From Hemiscyllium ocellatum (lineage: Eukaryota): DNA of 64,000 bases. The number at the start of each line of letters is the position of its first letter. Position 1 is the first letter of the stretch. Under the pieces are notes generated by a model. That model was not told the origin of the DNA, ran no database searches, and saw only the letters and a program-made list of their open reading frames with translations. The position numbers and the translations under genes are program-made. Location of the stretch: assembly GCF_020745735.1 (NCBI RefSeq), contig NC_083446.1, forward strand, positions 24,034,068 through 24,098,067, read 5' to 3'. Below are positions 37,750 through 50,260 of the stretch, one piece after another.

Positions 37750-39710
37750 ACTGCATATTTTCTTTGTGCCTCAGTTGTCCAAGACATATTTTGTGTCACA
37801 ATGTAGAATCAGAAATTACTTTGCATCTTATTATTTAAAAACCTATCATCAACTTTTCATGTCACTGGCAACCATTCAAAACGTTTAAATCTATACCAAA
37901 CTAAGTAGACCATCTGGTGCAGCAACATTCGCAGGGGAAAGAGTAAGGGAGTTCTAGGGTGAAATCCAGTGACAGTGAATTGATGGCAATGCAATTCCTA
38001 GTTTTATTCCTCTGTAGTTCCCATAAAGTTTGAACAATTCGGAGCTGCTGTCAAAGTATTCTTGGATAAATGTTGAAATGTTACTTTCATTGTACAAACA
38101 TTCTGGAACAATCCCTGGTTGTTGGAAGGTGTTAATAACTAACATGGTTTATGTACTGTCAAAACAGGTGGGCTGTGTTCTCCGTGATATTGTTGAGCTC
38201 ATTGTGTTCAGGTCTGTGGTGATGTTGTAGTAGTGTCCCTGACTCTGATCCAGGTGGCCTGTCTTGACTTACAACCTGTTAGAGAGGTATGTAACACCAT
38301 CTCTTACCAGGTTACTTCAGTGCAAGAAAGCAGATTGAGATGTTTGGGTATTTGTTGGAATTCCACTCACAGAGGCCAGTGAAATCTATTCACTCGCTGT
38401 CCTGACTTGTGTCTCTCATAAATTAAACAGAATTTGGTGGGTAGCAGCTTTTTCCAGATCAATATTTGTTCACAAGCTTTTGGGCATCGCTAGATGGGGT
38501 TAATGGGGTAACTACTCAAATAAATCCCAGCTTTTGACTTGCTGTTCTAACAATATCATTTATAAGTAATCCAGAATGAATCATTTTCGAAGCATATTTG
38601 ATGAGATTATGCTTAGGCTGTTTTACTTTATATTAAACTAGTGCTGTAGCTGAATTTGATTGTTCAGTAGGTGGGAGTTCCGCTGAATCCAACACTTGCA
38701 GCAGATGGTGATAGCTTTTCAGTTGGTCTTCAGTTGTTATCTCCGACCATCCAGTACCTCTGCTAAGAATTATTTTTCCAGCAGGAGTCAAGCAAACATA
38801 ATCCCTGTTTATCTCAACAGGTGTGAGCTCTTGTGCCAAAAACATGAAAACAATTTGGTGAAGAGGGGATCTCTGGATGCGAAAGGTTCACCTTTCCTTC
38901 TCTCCACAGGAGCTGCTAGACCTGCTAAATTTCTTCAGAAATTTCTGTCTTTATTTTGGTTTTCTAGCATTTAAAGTTTGTTGTTTCATTGAAAAAAGTT
39001 CTGTTCGATTAAAAACTTTCTTCAGAGAAAAGATGCAATTGAACAAATTGTGAATGTTCAGAGATGTTAAATATCAGAGGATCATTGAATTTGAGCGCCC
39101 TGATCTCAAGCTGTAGTTTCACAAGAAACTGTTATGAAGTAACAACACATTCCAGAGTGTAGTGGCTGCTGTAGTTGGGTGCAAGTTATTTTGATCACTC
39201 AAATAGAGAATGTCAATGATTCCGTTCCAAATAATCAACAGAATTTTTTTTAAAGGATGTGTGAAACAATTAATTTGTTGAAATATTTTAATAAAAAGTA
39301 TTCCCAGCCAGTGCTAGCTTAATGAATGACACAATGATAGGAAGGTTGGAGCAAGAGGAAGGCACTCAGCCCCTTGAGCTGTTCCACCACTTACTTAGAT
39401 CATGGTGCATCTGTGAGATAAATCCACAGGCCTCCCTTTGGCTAAAACTCGTTAACACCTTTGATTAACAAGCAAACACTATCCCAGATTTACTGATTCG
39501 ACTGCCTATAACAAAAGGAGACACCATTCCTGAAAGACATTCCTCTGAGTACTGTGACACAATGAGGCTGGAATTAATTGCTCATGAAAGTAAACTTTAA
39601 ATCTCTGACAATTTCCAATTGAAACCTCCCAATCATCATATTTCATTAATTTAATACTATACTTCCCTCGAATAAAGAAATATTATGTGTGATTGCCTTG
39701 CTAAAAATGA

Positions 39711-39925
39711 CGAGAATGTGAGGACTGCAGATGCTGGAAATCAGAGTTGAAAATGTGTTGCTGGAAAAGTGCAACAGGTCAGGCAGCATCAAAGGAGCAG
39801 GAGAATCGTCGTTTCGGGCATGAGCTCTTCTTCAGGAAGAAGGGCTCATGCCCGAAACATCGATTCTCCTGGTCCTTGGATGCTGCCTGACTTGCTGCGC
39901 TTTTCCAGCAACACATTTTCAGCAG
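39711..39925. mobile_element. Palindromic twin-hammerhead PLE mini-element, 13-bp TSD
   Basis: TSD TTGCTAAAAATGA 39698-39710 / TTGCGAAAAATGA 39926-39938; arms meet at CTTCTTCAG|GAAGAAGGGCTCATGCCCGAAAC. Confidence 0.85.
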
Positions 39926-40024
39926 TTGCGAAAAATGAGGGAAGCTTCATTCCTATTATATGAGTAAGAAATAGCTCTGTTCATTCAGTGAAAGCACAGT
40001 CAAATCACACAAAAGGAAACCATG

Positions 40025-40227
40025 ATTTGGAGATGCCTGTGTTGGACTGGGGTGTACAAAGTTAAAAATCACACAACACCAGGTTATAGTCCAACAGGTT
40101 TAATTGGAAGCACAGTAGCTTTCGGAACGAGACTCCTTCATCAGGTGATGAAGGAGCGTTGCTCCGAAAGATAGTGTGCTTCCAATTAAACCTGTTGGAC
40201 TATAACCTGGTGTTGTGTGATTTTTAA
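40025..40227. mobile_element. Palindromic twin-hammerhead mini-element of a second PLE family, 14-bp TSD
   Basis: TSD AAAAGGAAACCATG 40011-40024 / 40228-40241; arms AAAAATCACACAACACCAGGTTATAGTCCAACAGGTTTAATTGGAAGCAC and its reverse complement; core rc CTGATGAAGGAG..TTCCGAAAGCTA. Confidence 0.85.
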
Positions 40228-41724
40228 AAAAGGAAACCATGTCATCTTGTGTAGACACGCAGGTGCCTCAAATAATTTTCAATTCTTCCAGTGGTTGTTT
40301 GAATCTCTAGACAGGTGTGGATGTGTCAGACTTTTATATCGCCTTGAGAAACCAGTTGTCATCAGTCTATTTGAATTGCTGAAGTTTGCGTGGTATTAGC
40401 ACATTCACAGCACTGTTAGGAAGTGAGTCCGATGGCTGTGATTGAGGAAGAGGAAACGGGCAGGGAAATAGTCGAGAGTCAAGTTGAAGTCTGATTTGGA
40501 GGAAAGCTTTACAAGCATGTGCGCCCTTATCCTCAAGGATCACAATTTTGGAACATGCTGCCGAAGGGACATGTCAGCATGCAAAATGGAAGCTGAAGAA
40601 GGCATCTCGGCCTCCCTAGAAGGTTATTCCATTCATGGGATCATCATTAATCTTGCTGCTCACCAGTCTTCCCAACACTCGATAACATTGAACCTGATTG
40701 TTTACTGTTCAACAAAAGAATGGTGAATTCTTTTGAAATTCTCCGCCACAAAAATTCATAGATTCAAGACTCATAGATTCTTGAAAGCGTTGTCTCAAGT
40801 ACCTAGTGTGTTGAAGATGTTTAGCACATGTACCTTCATTGGTCAGAGCACTGAGTGCAGGATTTAGGGCTTCATATTGTAACTGACCAAAACACTGGAA
40901 TGAACTGTTAGAGGAAGTGGTAAATGCAGAAATAGGTCCAACAATTAGAAGACATTTGAACTACAGGAACTGGATAGGTCTGGATGGATATGGGCTAACG
41001 GCAGGCAAGTGGAATTAGTTTAATTTGGGAACTCTGGTCAGCATGGACTGGACCAAAGGAACTGTTTCTGTGCTGTACGACTTTATGTCTCACTGACTTT
41101 ATGGCGGAGTCGGCTTAAAGTTGGAAGGTGGTGAGCAAGTGAGGGGCTAGATTGGGAATGTGGGAGAGTTTGGGCTGGTAGGCTGTGAGGTGTTGGCTGG
41201 CTGCTGGATAAGCTTGCATGCACCTGTCTGGCAAGGTGGCATCAAGGTAAATGGTAATGGTCACAGGATAATTTGGTCGAATTGTGCTTGGTAGGTGAGG
41301 GATAGTTTGAGCTGAAAAGCAGGAGGTCTGTCTTTGCCAGGCTGGTTTTTGGCGAGGTGGGCAGAATGCCAGGCTGGTTAGTGCAGAGGTGGGCAGATTG
41401 CCAGGATGTTTCGGGGGTGGAAGGTCACTGTGATGAAGTGACAGGCAGATGTGTTGTCAAAATACAAAGCTCACAGTCCAGCAAAATAGTAGTTTGTAAA
41501 GCACAGATGCAAAAGGAGCTAAGATGCAATGTGTACAGGTTGACTTGGGTAAGATGAGAGGTCAGTGATCAAGGGCTGAGGTCATGTCTTGGGTAGTGGG
41601 CTTTTGTCAGAGGTTGTGAAAATGATGGTGCCAGGTCCAGTCAGGTCCAGATTCACCATGGACCAGGTACAGGGTGGCATGAGTGTAAATGAGTGAAAGG
41701 AATTGAGATCATATGTCCGTCTGG

Positions 41725-42370
41725 AATATAGAACATTACAGTACAGTACAGGCCCTTCAGCCCTCGATGTTGCGCTGACCTGTGGAACCGATCTGAAGCC
41801 TATCTATCCTACACTATTCCATTTTCATCCATATGTTTATCCAATGACCTTTTAAATGCCCTTAAAGTTGGCGAGTGTACTATTGTTGCAGGCAGTGGGT
41901 TCCATGAACCTACTACTCTCTGAGTAAAGAAACAACCTCTGACATCTGTCATCTATGTCCTCTCCTGCTAGCCATCACTATTCAAGGAAAAAGACTTTCA
42001 CTGTCCACCCTCTGTTTATCTTTTATGTCTCAATTAAGTCACCTCTCAACTTTCTTCTCTCAAACAAAAACAGCCTCAAGACCCTCATCCTTTCCTCATT
42101 AAACCTTCCCGCCATACCAAGCAACGTCCTGGTAAACCTCCTCTGCACTCTTCCAAAACTTCCACATTCTCTCTATAATGTGGTGACCAGAACAGTACAC
42201 AGTACTCCAAGTGTGGCCACACCAGAGTTTTGTACAGCTGCAGCCAAACCTCGTGGTTCTGAAACTCAGTCCCTCTATCGATGAAAGCTAACACAAAGTA
42301 TGCCTTCTTAACAACTCTATCAAACTGGCTGTCAAACGTTAGGGATGTATGTACATGGACACCGAGATCT
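41725..42370 (-). mobile_element. CR1 3' fragment
   Basis: Minus ORF 42085-42294 LQLYKTLVWPHLEYCVLFWSPHYR; CR1 tail at 41725. Confidence 0.8.
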
Positions 42371-42869
42371 CTCTGCTCATCTACACTACCAATATGGATA
42401 GCCTTGGATGCGTTTCATGTGATAGGGGTTTTGTGTTCCGGGCATGAATGGGTGTATAGCAGGGTAGGGTTTGTCAATGTTAGTGGAAATTTAGGTCTAG
42501 GCTGAGTAAGTGCAGTGGTTAGTCTGAAAGATGAGGTTTGGTGGTGAACTGCGTGTCAGTTTGATAGTTATTAAAGTTAAAGATTACTTGTTCATTTCTC
42601 AAATCATATTTACGTAAATACTAAGCTGTAACAGTCCAAAGTCTCTGAATCTTGATGGTGCTCCATTTTTCAGAGGCCTCCAGAACAGATAATTATAAAT
42701 TAGATGTTTCAACTTCTGGACAATTGGCATGAGTTCAGCCGTGACAGCCATCGTCCCCGTCCCAGTGCTCAGCTCCTGCATGTGCTGCTGCTGCAGTGAC
42801 CTTCCTCCCAGAGAGAACATTCTGCCTTGCATTGATAAGTGAGGAAGGCTCACTGGACCTGATTTCCAA

Positions 42870-43158
42870 ATATGGGGACGGCAAACACGAGGGGACACAA
42901 CTTTAAGGTGAGGGGAAATAGGTATAAGACAGATGTCAGAGGTAGTTTCTTTACTCATTGAGTAGTAAGGGTATGGAATGCTTCGCCTGCAACGGTAGTA
43001 GATTCACCAAGTTTAAGTACATTTAATTCGTCATTGGACAGGCATATGGACGTGCATGGAATAGTGTAGGTGGGATGGGCTTCAGATTGGTATGACAGGT
43101 TGGCGCAACATCGAGGGCCGAAGGGCCTGCACTGCGCTATAATGTTCTATGTTCTATG
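42870..43158 (+). mobile_element. CR1 3' end with (TTCTATG)n tail
   Basis: ACGAGGGGACACAACTTTAAGGTG..GGGCCGAAGGGCCTG..AATGTTCTATGTTCTATG. Confidence 0.8.
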
Positions 43159-43225
43159 ATTCACTCTGATTTCTCTCCGGGGGTACTGCCAGCTGTTGGG
43201 TATTTCCAGCAGCACAGTACCTAAT

Positions 43226-43540
43226 GGGGTGGCACGCTGGTTCCGTGGTTAGCGCTGCTGCCTCACAGCGCTAGGGACTTGGGTTCCATTCCAGCCTCAG
43301 GTGACTGTCTGTGTGGAGTTGGCACTTTCTCCCCATGCCTGTGCGCGTTTCCTCCCACAGTCCAAAGATGTGCAACCTGTGGGAATTGCAAATGTTGTGT
43401 TCAGTGATTGGGAGGTTAGGTGCATTAGTCAGGGTTAATTGTAGCATAATAGGGTAGGGGAATGGGTCTGGATGCGTTACTTTTCAGAGGGTGGGTGTGG
43501 ACTTGTTGGGCCAAATAGCCTGTTTACACACACTGTAGAA
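43226..43540 (+). mobile_element. HE1-like SINE
   Basis: GTGGTTAGCGCTGCTGCCTCACAGCGC, GGTTCCATTCC, and core TTTCCTCCCACAGTCCAAAGATGTGC. Confidence 0.8.
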
Positions 43541-43880
43541 TTTCGATGAATCTGCATTTCCTTGGTTTGTATTTTGTGAATCCGCTCTGCTCTTCACAGC
43601 AATCCAGTGAAAGTGTCAATTGGTGAGATCTTCAAACAGATACTGGGGTGGGATAAGGATGTTCGTCTTCCTAAGTTATATGGTAATGGTCAAGGTGGAG
43701 GGCATGTTTCTAAAGAGGGAACCAATGATCATGATCAGCAACTGGTAGGAAACAACAATAAACTCCAGTTATGCTGTAGGGTTCAGCGGGAGCATACTGG
43801 CAAACGGTTGCAGCTGAGGATACATTTGAGTAATTGATAAGGTGAAATTATCAGAAACTAACATGGTCATTCTATTGTAG

Positions 43881-44186
43881 AGACACCATCTCCCCCCACA
43901 CTTTACTGCCTGGTCTCCTCCTGTCAGGAGCACAACACCGGTTCTGTGGTCTATGGTTGTTTGGCGATGGACTATTCCCCTGACGTCACCAAGGTAACCT
44001 GGAAGAAAGGTGGGGAGCTAATCACGACTGGATTGAAGACTTACCCATCAGTGAGAAACAAGAAGGGAACCTACACCCTGAGCAGCTAGTTAACCCTGTC
44101 CGAGTCAGCGGTAGATTGTCCCAGCAAAATCTACTGTGAGGTTCAGCACAGCAGGTCACACAAGACCAAAGAAATGCCATGTCCAG
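43881..44186 (+). pseudogene. IGHM: Cmu1 exon with premature stop
   Basis: TTGTAG|AGACA..; (E)[65 protein letters not shown]; TAG at 44087-44089; donor CCAG|GTACAT. Confidence 0.92.
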
Positions 44187-44264
44187 GTACATATTGTGGG
44201 AACTGAGATCAACAGAACAGCTGGGATTAATATGAATAAGCCATTATTTATAACCGTTTTCACA

Positions 44265-47160
44265 GAATCACATTATACAGCACAGGAAAAAAGGCCCTTT
44301 GATCCATCCAGTTCACACCTATCAATAACAGCCACCTAACTATTCCAGTTTCGTGCCAGCACATGATCCATTGCCTTGTGTGACTTGCCCTTGCTAGGAT
44401 GCATCTCAATACTTCATACTTATTATGAGGGGCTCAGTCTCTACATGACTTATAGGTGCTGAGCTCCAGGCTAACACCACACTCTGTTTGTTTTTGTTTT
44501 CCCCTGAGATCCGCTTGTAACCTCCTGGCCTTTCCTTCACCCTGTTGCCCCTGAGGCATTTATCTCTCCATCAAGGGGAAAGGTTTCATCCAGTTTACCC
44601 TGTCTATGCCTAAAATAATTCTAGACATCATGATAATCTTCTCCCTAATTCTCTGCTCCAAGGAAAACCCCTGTCTATCTAATCTAGTTTCATAAGTGAA
44701 ACCCTCCAACCCAGGCAAGATCCTGGCAAATCTCATCAATACTGCCTTCAGTGTAATCACATTCCTTCGATAACATGCACACAACACTGCAGTATGGCCT
44801 AACCAGTGTTCTATTACTTCCAGTATCATCTCCCTACTCTTCATTGTCAATGTCTAGGCCAATAAAAGCAAATATCCTCCCACCTTCTTAGCCACTTTAC
44901 ACAGATTACACAGTACTATAAGGGATCGGTGGGTACATGCACCAAAGATCCTCAGGCCTTTCCAGGGTTCCACCATTCAAAACGTCATACCTCACAGATT
45001 CTTCTGCCGAATTACATCACTTTACATTTATCAAGAATAATTCCCATTTGCAACTTCTCTTCACATACAACCAACCCTTTTATATCCTCCTGCAATCTAA
45101 AGCTATTATGCTCATGACTTACCAACATAACAGCTTTCATTTCATCTGTGAATTCACTGGTTTATCCTCCTAAATTTGAGTCTCAATCATTGGTATGTAA
45201 GAGAAATAGCAAGGAAATCAACACCAATCCCTACTGAACACCAGGAGACATAGATTTCCAGTCACGCAGACACCCAATGACTATTATCCCCTGCTCCCAC
45301 CACTCAGCCAGTTCTAGATCCAATCTGTCAAATTAACTTGGATCCCATTGGCTCTGATTATTGATATCATCTGAACATCGAGTTATCTCTCTGAAATCTA
45401 CTATCAAATTGTTACACATGACTTCCTCTCAATAAAACCGTGCTGAACATTGTTGATTTATCTTCCAAATGAAGACTAATTTCACTTCTCAATAGTTTCC
45501 CTACCACTGAGACTAGCTTGACAGATCTGTGTTTTTATTATTTATCCCTTCCTTCGTCCTGCATAACAGTGCAACGTTGGCTGATCTACACTCACTTGGC
45601 ACAACTGCTAAATTATTGTCAGCAACCCAACTATTTCATCCTTTGCATCGCTCAACCGTTTGGTATAATTTTCATCTGCCCTGGAAATACAACCACTTTT
45701 CATTCAGCAAGACAACACAGAACATCACGTCATGTGTCCTAATTTCTGAAAACAACATCGCAACACCCCTCCATGATTTCTGTCCCCACATTGTCGCTCT
45801 TACTAGTGAACACTGACACTATACATTCGTTTCGACCACAACCGAATCCTCCGGCTCCATTCCAATAATAACACTTAATGGGCATTACAGTTTCCCGAAT
45901 AATTCTTTTATTATGAATGAGCCTGCAACTTTTAAAAATATTTTCCTTTATTTTGACTGCTATTATTTTCTCATGGTTCCTTTTTCTCTTCTAATTCCTT
46001 TGACTTTCAAACTTTCCCTTGCACGTTCTGTACTCCATGCTAATTTCTATTGTTTTGAGATTTCAGTGTAGACTGGAAGCCTCCTTTGTTTCTCTTTATC
46101 TCCCCCTCCATGCCTTTCGGTGCCCAGACCCCGCTGCATTCTTGGTCCCATGCAGTTGCTTCCTGGGAAATGTCCTCCCTGTGATTTTCCTACCTCTTTC
46201 TTAAATGTGTCACACTGCTCTGACTCAGATTTACCAATAAGTGTCAGCTTCCAGTCCACTCTGGTTCAGTCATTACCTGATCTTACTAAAATTGTCCTTC
46301 CCCTTTTCCGAACTTTAGGCCAATTTCTATTCCTTTGTAGTACAATCTGAAATCCAACTGATTTCCGATCACTGTCTGCAAAGTGATCCACCATTGATGT
46401 TATACCCACTGGGTCGACTTCATTCCATATAGTTAAGTCCAGGTTCACCCCTCTCTTGCAACGTCTGGATTAAAATTCTCTGTATTAAACATATACTTTG
46501 TTAAAATATTCTCCTGGGGGCATTTTCAGAATTGTGCTCCCTCTAAATTTTTGACAAAATGAATATCCAAGCCGATGCTGGGTATAGGCTTTTCTCATTC
46601 CCCTATTTAATTTACATTTCTCTGAAATTTGTCCATGTATTTGCACTTGGTCTTTTGGACCTATAGTAAGGTCTATCGTGCTCTCCCAGTAGTTATGTTT
46701 GCTGTATTTTGGTTTTGAAGTACTGTCCATTTGCCTTTATTCGAGGAGGTATCCATGATTTCATTTCACTTTACAGCCTAAAATACCCTTGTCAGAATTG
46801 CGACAGAACCAACGTTCTGTACCGCACACCCAAGCCCCCATCCTTTTCTATCTTTCCCTGTCTCGCCTGTAGGCACTAAATCCTGGAATATTGAATAGCC
46901 ACTCCTGCCCCACTCTCAATATGTCTCCGTGATAGCAACCGCATCATTTCCTCATTTATGCCGGTATTTCATCTGCCTTGTTCAACAGACTCTGTCATTA
47001 AAACGAATACCATCCAACATTGCTATCTCCCTTCTGATTTAACCAGCCTATAGTTTTTGTGCCTCCTTGACTGCCTTGCTATGTCCTATAATTTTAGCCT
47101 TTCACATTGTCCTGCTGATCTTTCTGTGTGGATCCCAGCTTCTCCAGCACTCTGCACCAT
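44265..47160 (-). mobile_element. Degenerate CR1-type LINE in the Cmu1-Cmu2 intron
   Basis: Minus ORF 44560-44850 (LKAVLMRFARILPGLEGFTYETRLDR..LEQR); CR1 tail at 44270; endonuclease-like remnants toward 46300-47000. Confidence 0.7.
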
Positions 47161-47263
47161 TATGCTTCTTGTATCCATTAACCACAAGAAACCTTGATAT
47201 ATGAGAACTGATTGTATTTGTTCTGAAATTCGTCAGATAATTTATGTGATGTGTTTCCTAAAG

Positions 47264-47575
47264 ATCCAGGTATTCTCCAACCAACTCTTCTCCTAACTGT
47301 GAGCTCCAGTGAAGAAATCGCAAGCAGCAAGTTTGCAACTGTCGTCTGTTCAATCATCGATTTCCATCCGAAGTCAATCTCCGTGAGTTGGTTGAAAAAT
47401 GGCCGACCCTTGGATTCTGGCTTCTTCACGTCTCCCGTGTGTGAGGAAAACGGGAACTTCTCGGCGACGAGTCGCCTGATGGTACCTTATGGTGAATGGT
47501 TCAACAGCGCAGTCTATAACTGCCAGGTCACTCATGGAGAAAACATTTGAAGTAAAAGCATCAACGCACTCCAGG
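47264..47575 (+). pseudogene. IGHM: Cmu2 exon with premature stop near its 3' end
   Basis: CCTAAAG|ATCCAG; [66 protein letters not shown]; TGA 47548-47550; phase-1 donor CAGG|GTAAC at 47575/47576. Confidence 0.92.
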
Positions 47576-47764
47576 GTAACAGACACATACTGAGAGAGCT
47601 ACAAATCATTCTGAACTCGGATGGGAATCAAACGCACTAATTTATCAGGCGTGGTAAACAGCACGGTACAGCTTCTCGTTTCCCAACATACCACATGTCT
47701 CATTTCAGTTTGAGTGATACATTAGCATTGCTCATAATTCAACATTTTGGCAAGTCAGAAAAGC

Positions 47765-48200
47765 ATGTTTCCCTTCTGTTGATGATAGATATATAGACAG
47801 GGAGCTATTTTAAATAGATTGTTGCCTGACCATGCTGGGAGAGGCATTCGGAGTGCTGAATCCTTCCCTGGTAGCCACTTCAAGGATAAGTTCTGGGGTG
47901 GAGGGGGGATATTGGAGAAATATCTGATTGAAACATATAAAATACAGAGAGACTGAGGTCGAGTGAACGTGGAATAGATGTTTTGACTGGTAGGCGAGAC
48001 GAGGACCCAAGGGCACAATATCAGGGTCAAAGAGGCACCCTTTAGAACTGAAATGGGGGGATTTCTTCAGCCAGAGGGTGATGAGTCTGTGGAAGTTGTT
48101 GCTGCAGAGGGCTGTGGAGTCCAGACCATCGTGTGTATTCAAGCCAGAGATAGATCGGCTCTTGTTTAGTACGGGGAAAAGACCGTAGAATGGCTTTAGC
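47765..48200 (+). mobile_element. CR1 3' fragment
   Basis: GAGACGAGGACCCAAGGGCACAATATCAGGGTCAAA..CAGAGGGTGATGAGTCTGTGGAA, a typical ORF2 C-terminus. Confidence 0.7.
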
Positions 48201-49495
48201 CCAAACATCGATTTTCATGCTCGTCGCAGGCTGCCTGACCTGCTGTGCTTTTCCAGCATCATTCTGATCTAAATTCTGGATTGGCCGAACAGCCTTATTA
48301 TGATCCTCTATCTTATGGCATTGTGGTCTCAAAATGACATGGTTAAAATATGCAGTGACCCTTGAAAATAAATCAAAATGCGTTCAATGCTTCATTCCCT
48401 GCTCAGGAATAATCTGTTGGCATTGGACATTGTACGACATTGATTTTTATCTGGTACTGAGTTCTTTAACTTCATTTATGGGATCAGACCACAGACCAAG
48501 TGGGTGTCACATTTGATGAACTGGGATAAACGTGATCTCACTGAGCTTCTTTAAGATGCTCTCTGTAATTAGTAGATGAGGCAGGAGAATAAATTCGGGT
48601 AAGAATGCTACAATAGGGATGAATGAACGAGGGACTTGTGACAGGCTGATTTAGCTTGATTTGGGGTGACGATGTTTACACAGTGAGTAGTGGATGTCTG
48701 TAAAATTAGTGTACATTTCCATCGCGTTTGTAGATTAATTTAAGATGCTTTTGTTTTTTTTTCTCCCCTGCTCTGTGAAGAAATTTAAAAATGCAGCTTG
48801 GTAAATAAATGAAAGTAGAGACCAGTTATGAACTAACTGAATGTCCTTCTTGATATCCAATGCTGTACTCAATATCTTGTTTTCAGATCTACTCCAAACA
48901 CAGCCCACGAGGAACAATGACATAATTTAGAGAATGACATCACACCAATAACGCAAAGTATTTTTGATCACGTTAAATATAATGAACAGAATTTACATGG
49001 CTGTTCACAGCTCCTGTAATACTTTAGAACTATGCAAAGAGAATAATCATTATTTATTATAATTTGTCCAAAATTTGGGATGTGATTTGGCAGTCAGCGT
49101 GACCAGCAGCACTTGCACCAAAGGGTTATGAACATGGAAATGAACTCATTATATTCAGATTACTCTTGTCACAAGTATCAATAGATGGTCTTAAGTGAGA
49201 GACAAACTCTGAAAGAAAGGTAATTCCATGGATTACATGATGATATCTTCAATGATTTTACTTTTTTCACAGGCTTAACTTGTTACAAAGCCAGTGTTCT
49301 TTAGGAATAATTACGCAGGGTATGTTATAGGTAATCACAAATCAAAATACATCAACAATAGTAAGCATCGTTTCAGCAATAGTTGGAGTTCCCATTTTGA
49401 AGGTGGTGTCTTCTCCCTGTGAAGAAGTAATCTGAAGATTGGGTGTTTTCATCATAAAGAGGCATTTTTCATTGACTTTGATTTTTGTTTCATAG

Positions 49496-49804
49496 AAGAT
49501 ACCGAGTGCCACCCTCACACCGTTCAAATCCTCCCACCGCCAGTAGAACAAGTCTTACTGGAGGCGACGGTGATGTTAACCTGCGTTGTGTCCAATCTTC
49601 CTTCTGGGGTCAACGTGACCTGGAAACAAGAACAGAAGCCTCTGAAATCAGAGATTGCTGACCAGCCTGAACAGAATCCTAACAGCGTGGTCAGCAAATT
49701 ATACATTTCGACTGAAGCCTGGCTGAGTGGCGTTACTTTTGAATGTGTAGTGTACCGTCAGAATCTACTGACTCCGCTGAGAGACTCCATCCACAAGGAG
49801 AAAG
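49496..49804 (+). CDS. IGHM: Cmu3 exon (open frame)
   Basis: TTTCATAG|AAGAT; [67 protein letters not shown]; donor AAAG|GTGAGT. Confidence 0.92.
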
Positions 49805-50260
49805 GTGAGTAGTTTGATTAAAACACAAAGGATCCCATGTGTACTCCAGATCTAGTTACATCAATGGCAGGCTTTGATTGGTAATGAACAACACAGTTGG
49901 GAGCATTAATGGTGCATCTGAAGGCAGGATAGCTAAGGAGCTGATTAAGAAGAAGACTGACCGAAGTATATTCTATTCTGATTAAGTCAGATAAGGTGGG
50001 AAGAAGCCTGGGTTGTGACGTCACCACCAGCAATTACAATTGGACAGAATTCCCTTGTTGTGGGCTGGAAGCATGCAGGCAACTTTCACATTAAACTTGT
50101 TACTTCTTTCACTGCACAGAAGGTGCACCATTCTGATTCTTTATAAAACGAAAAAGAATAAATCCCAAATTAAAAATGGTGTATTTTAATATTTAGTGAA
50201 ATTGTGATATTGGTTCAGGATTTTTATGGTTGATCTATATTTGACTCAAATATTCTGCAG

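Noticed and set aside
42700-42860. GC-rich non-repeat patch in the J-Cmu intron as a candidate intronic enhancer
   Set aside because: No clear cluster of octamer, muE or Ets motifs that I can support.
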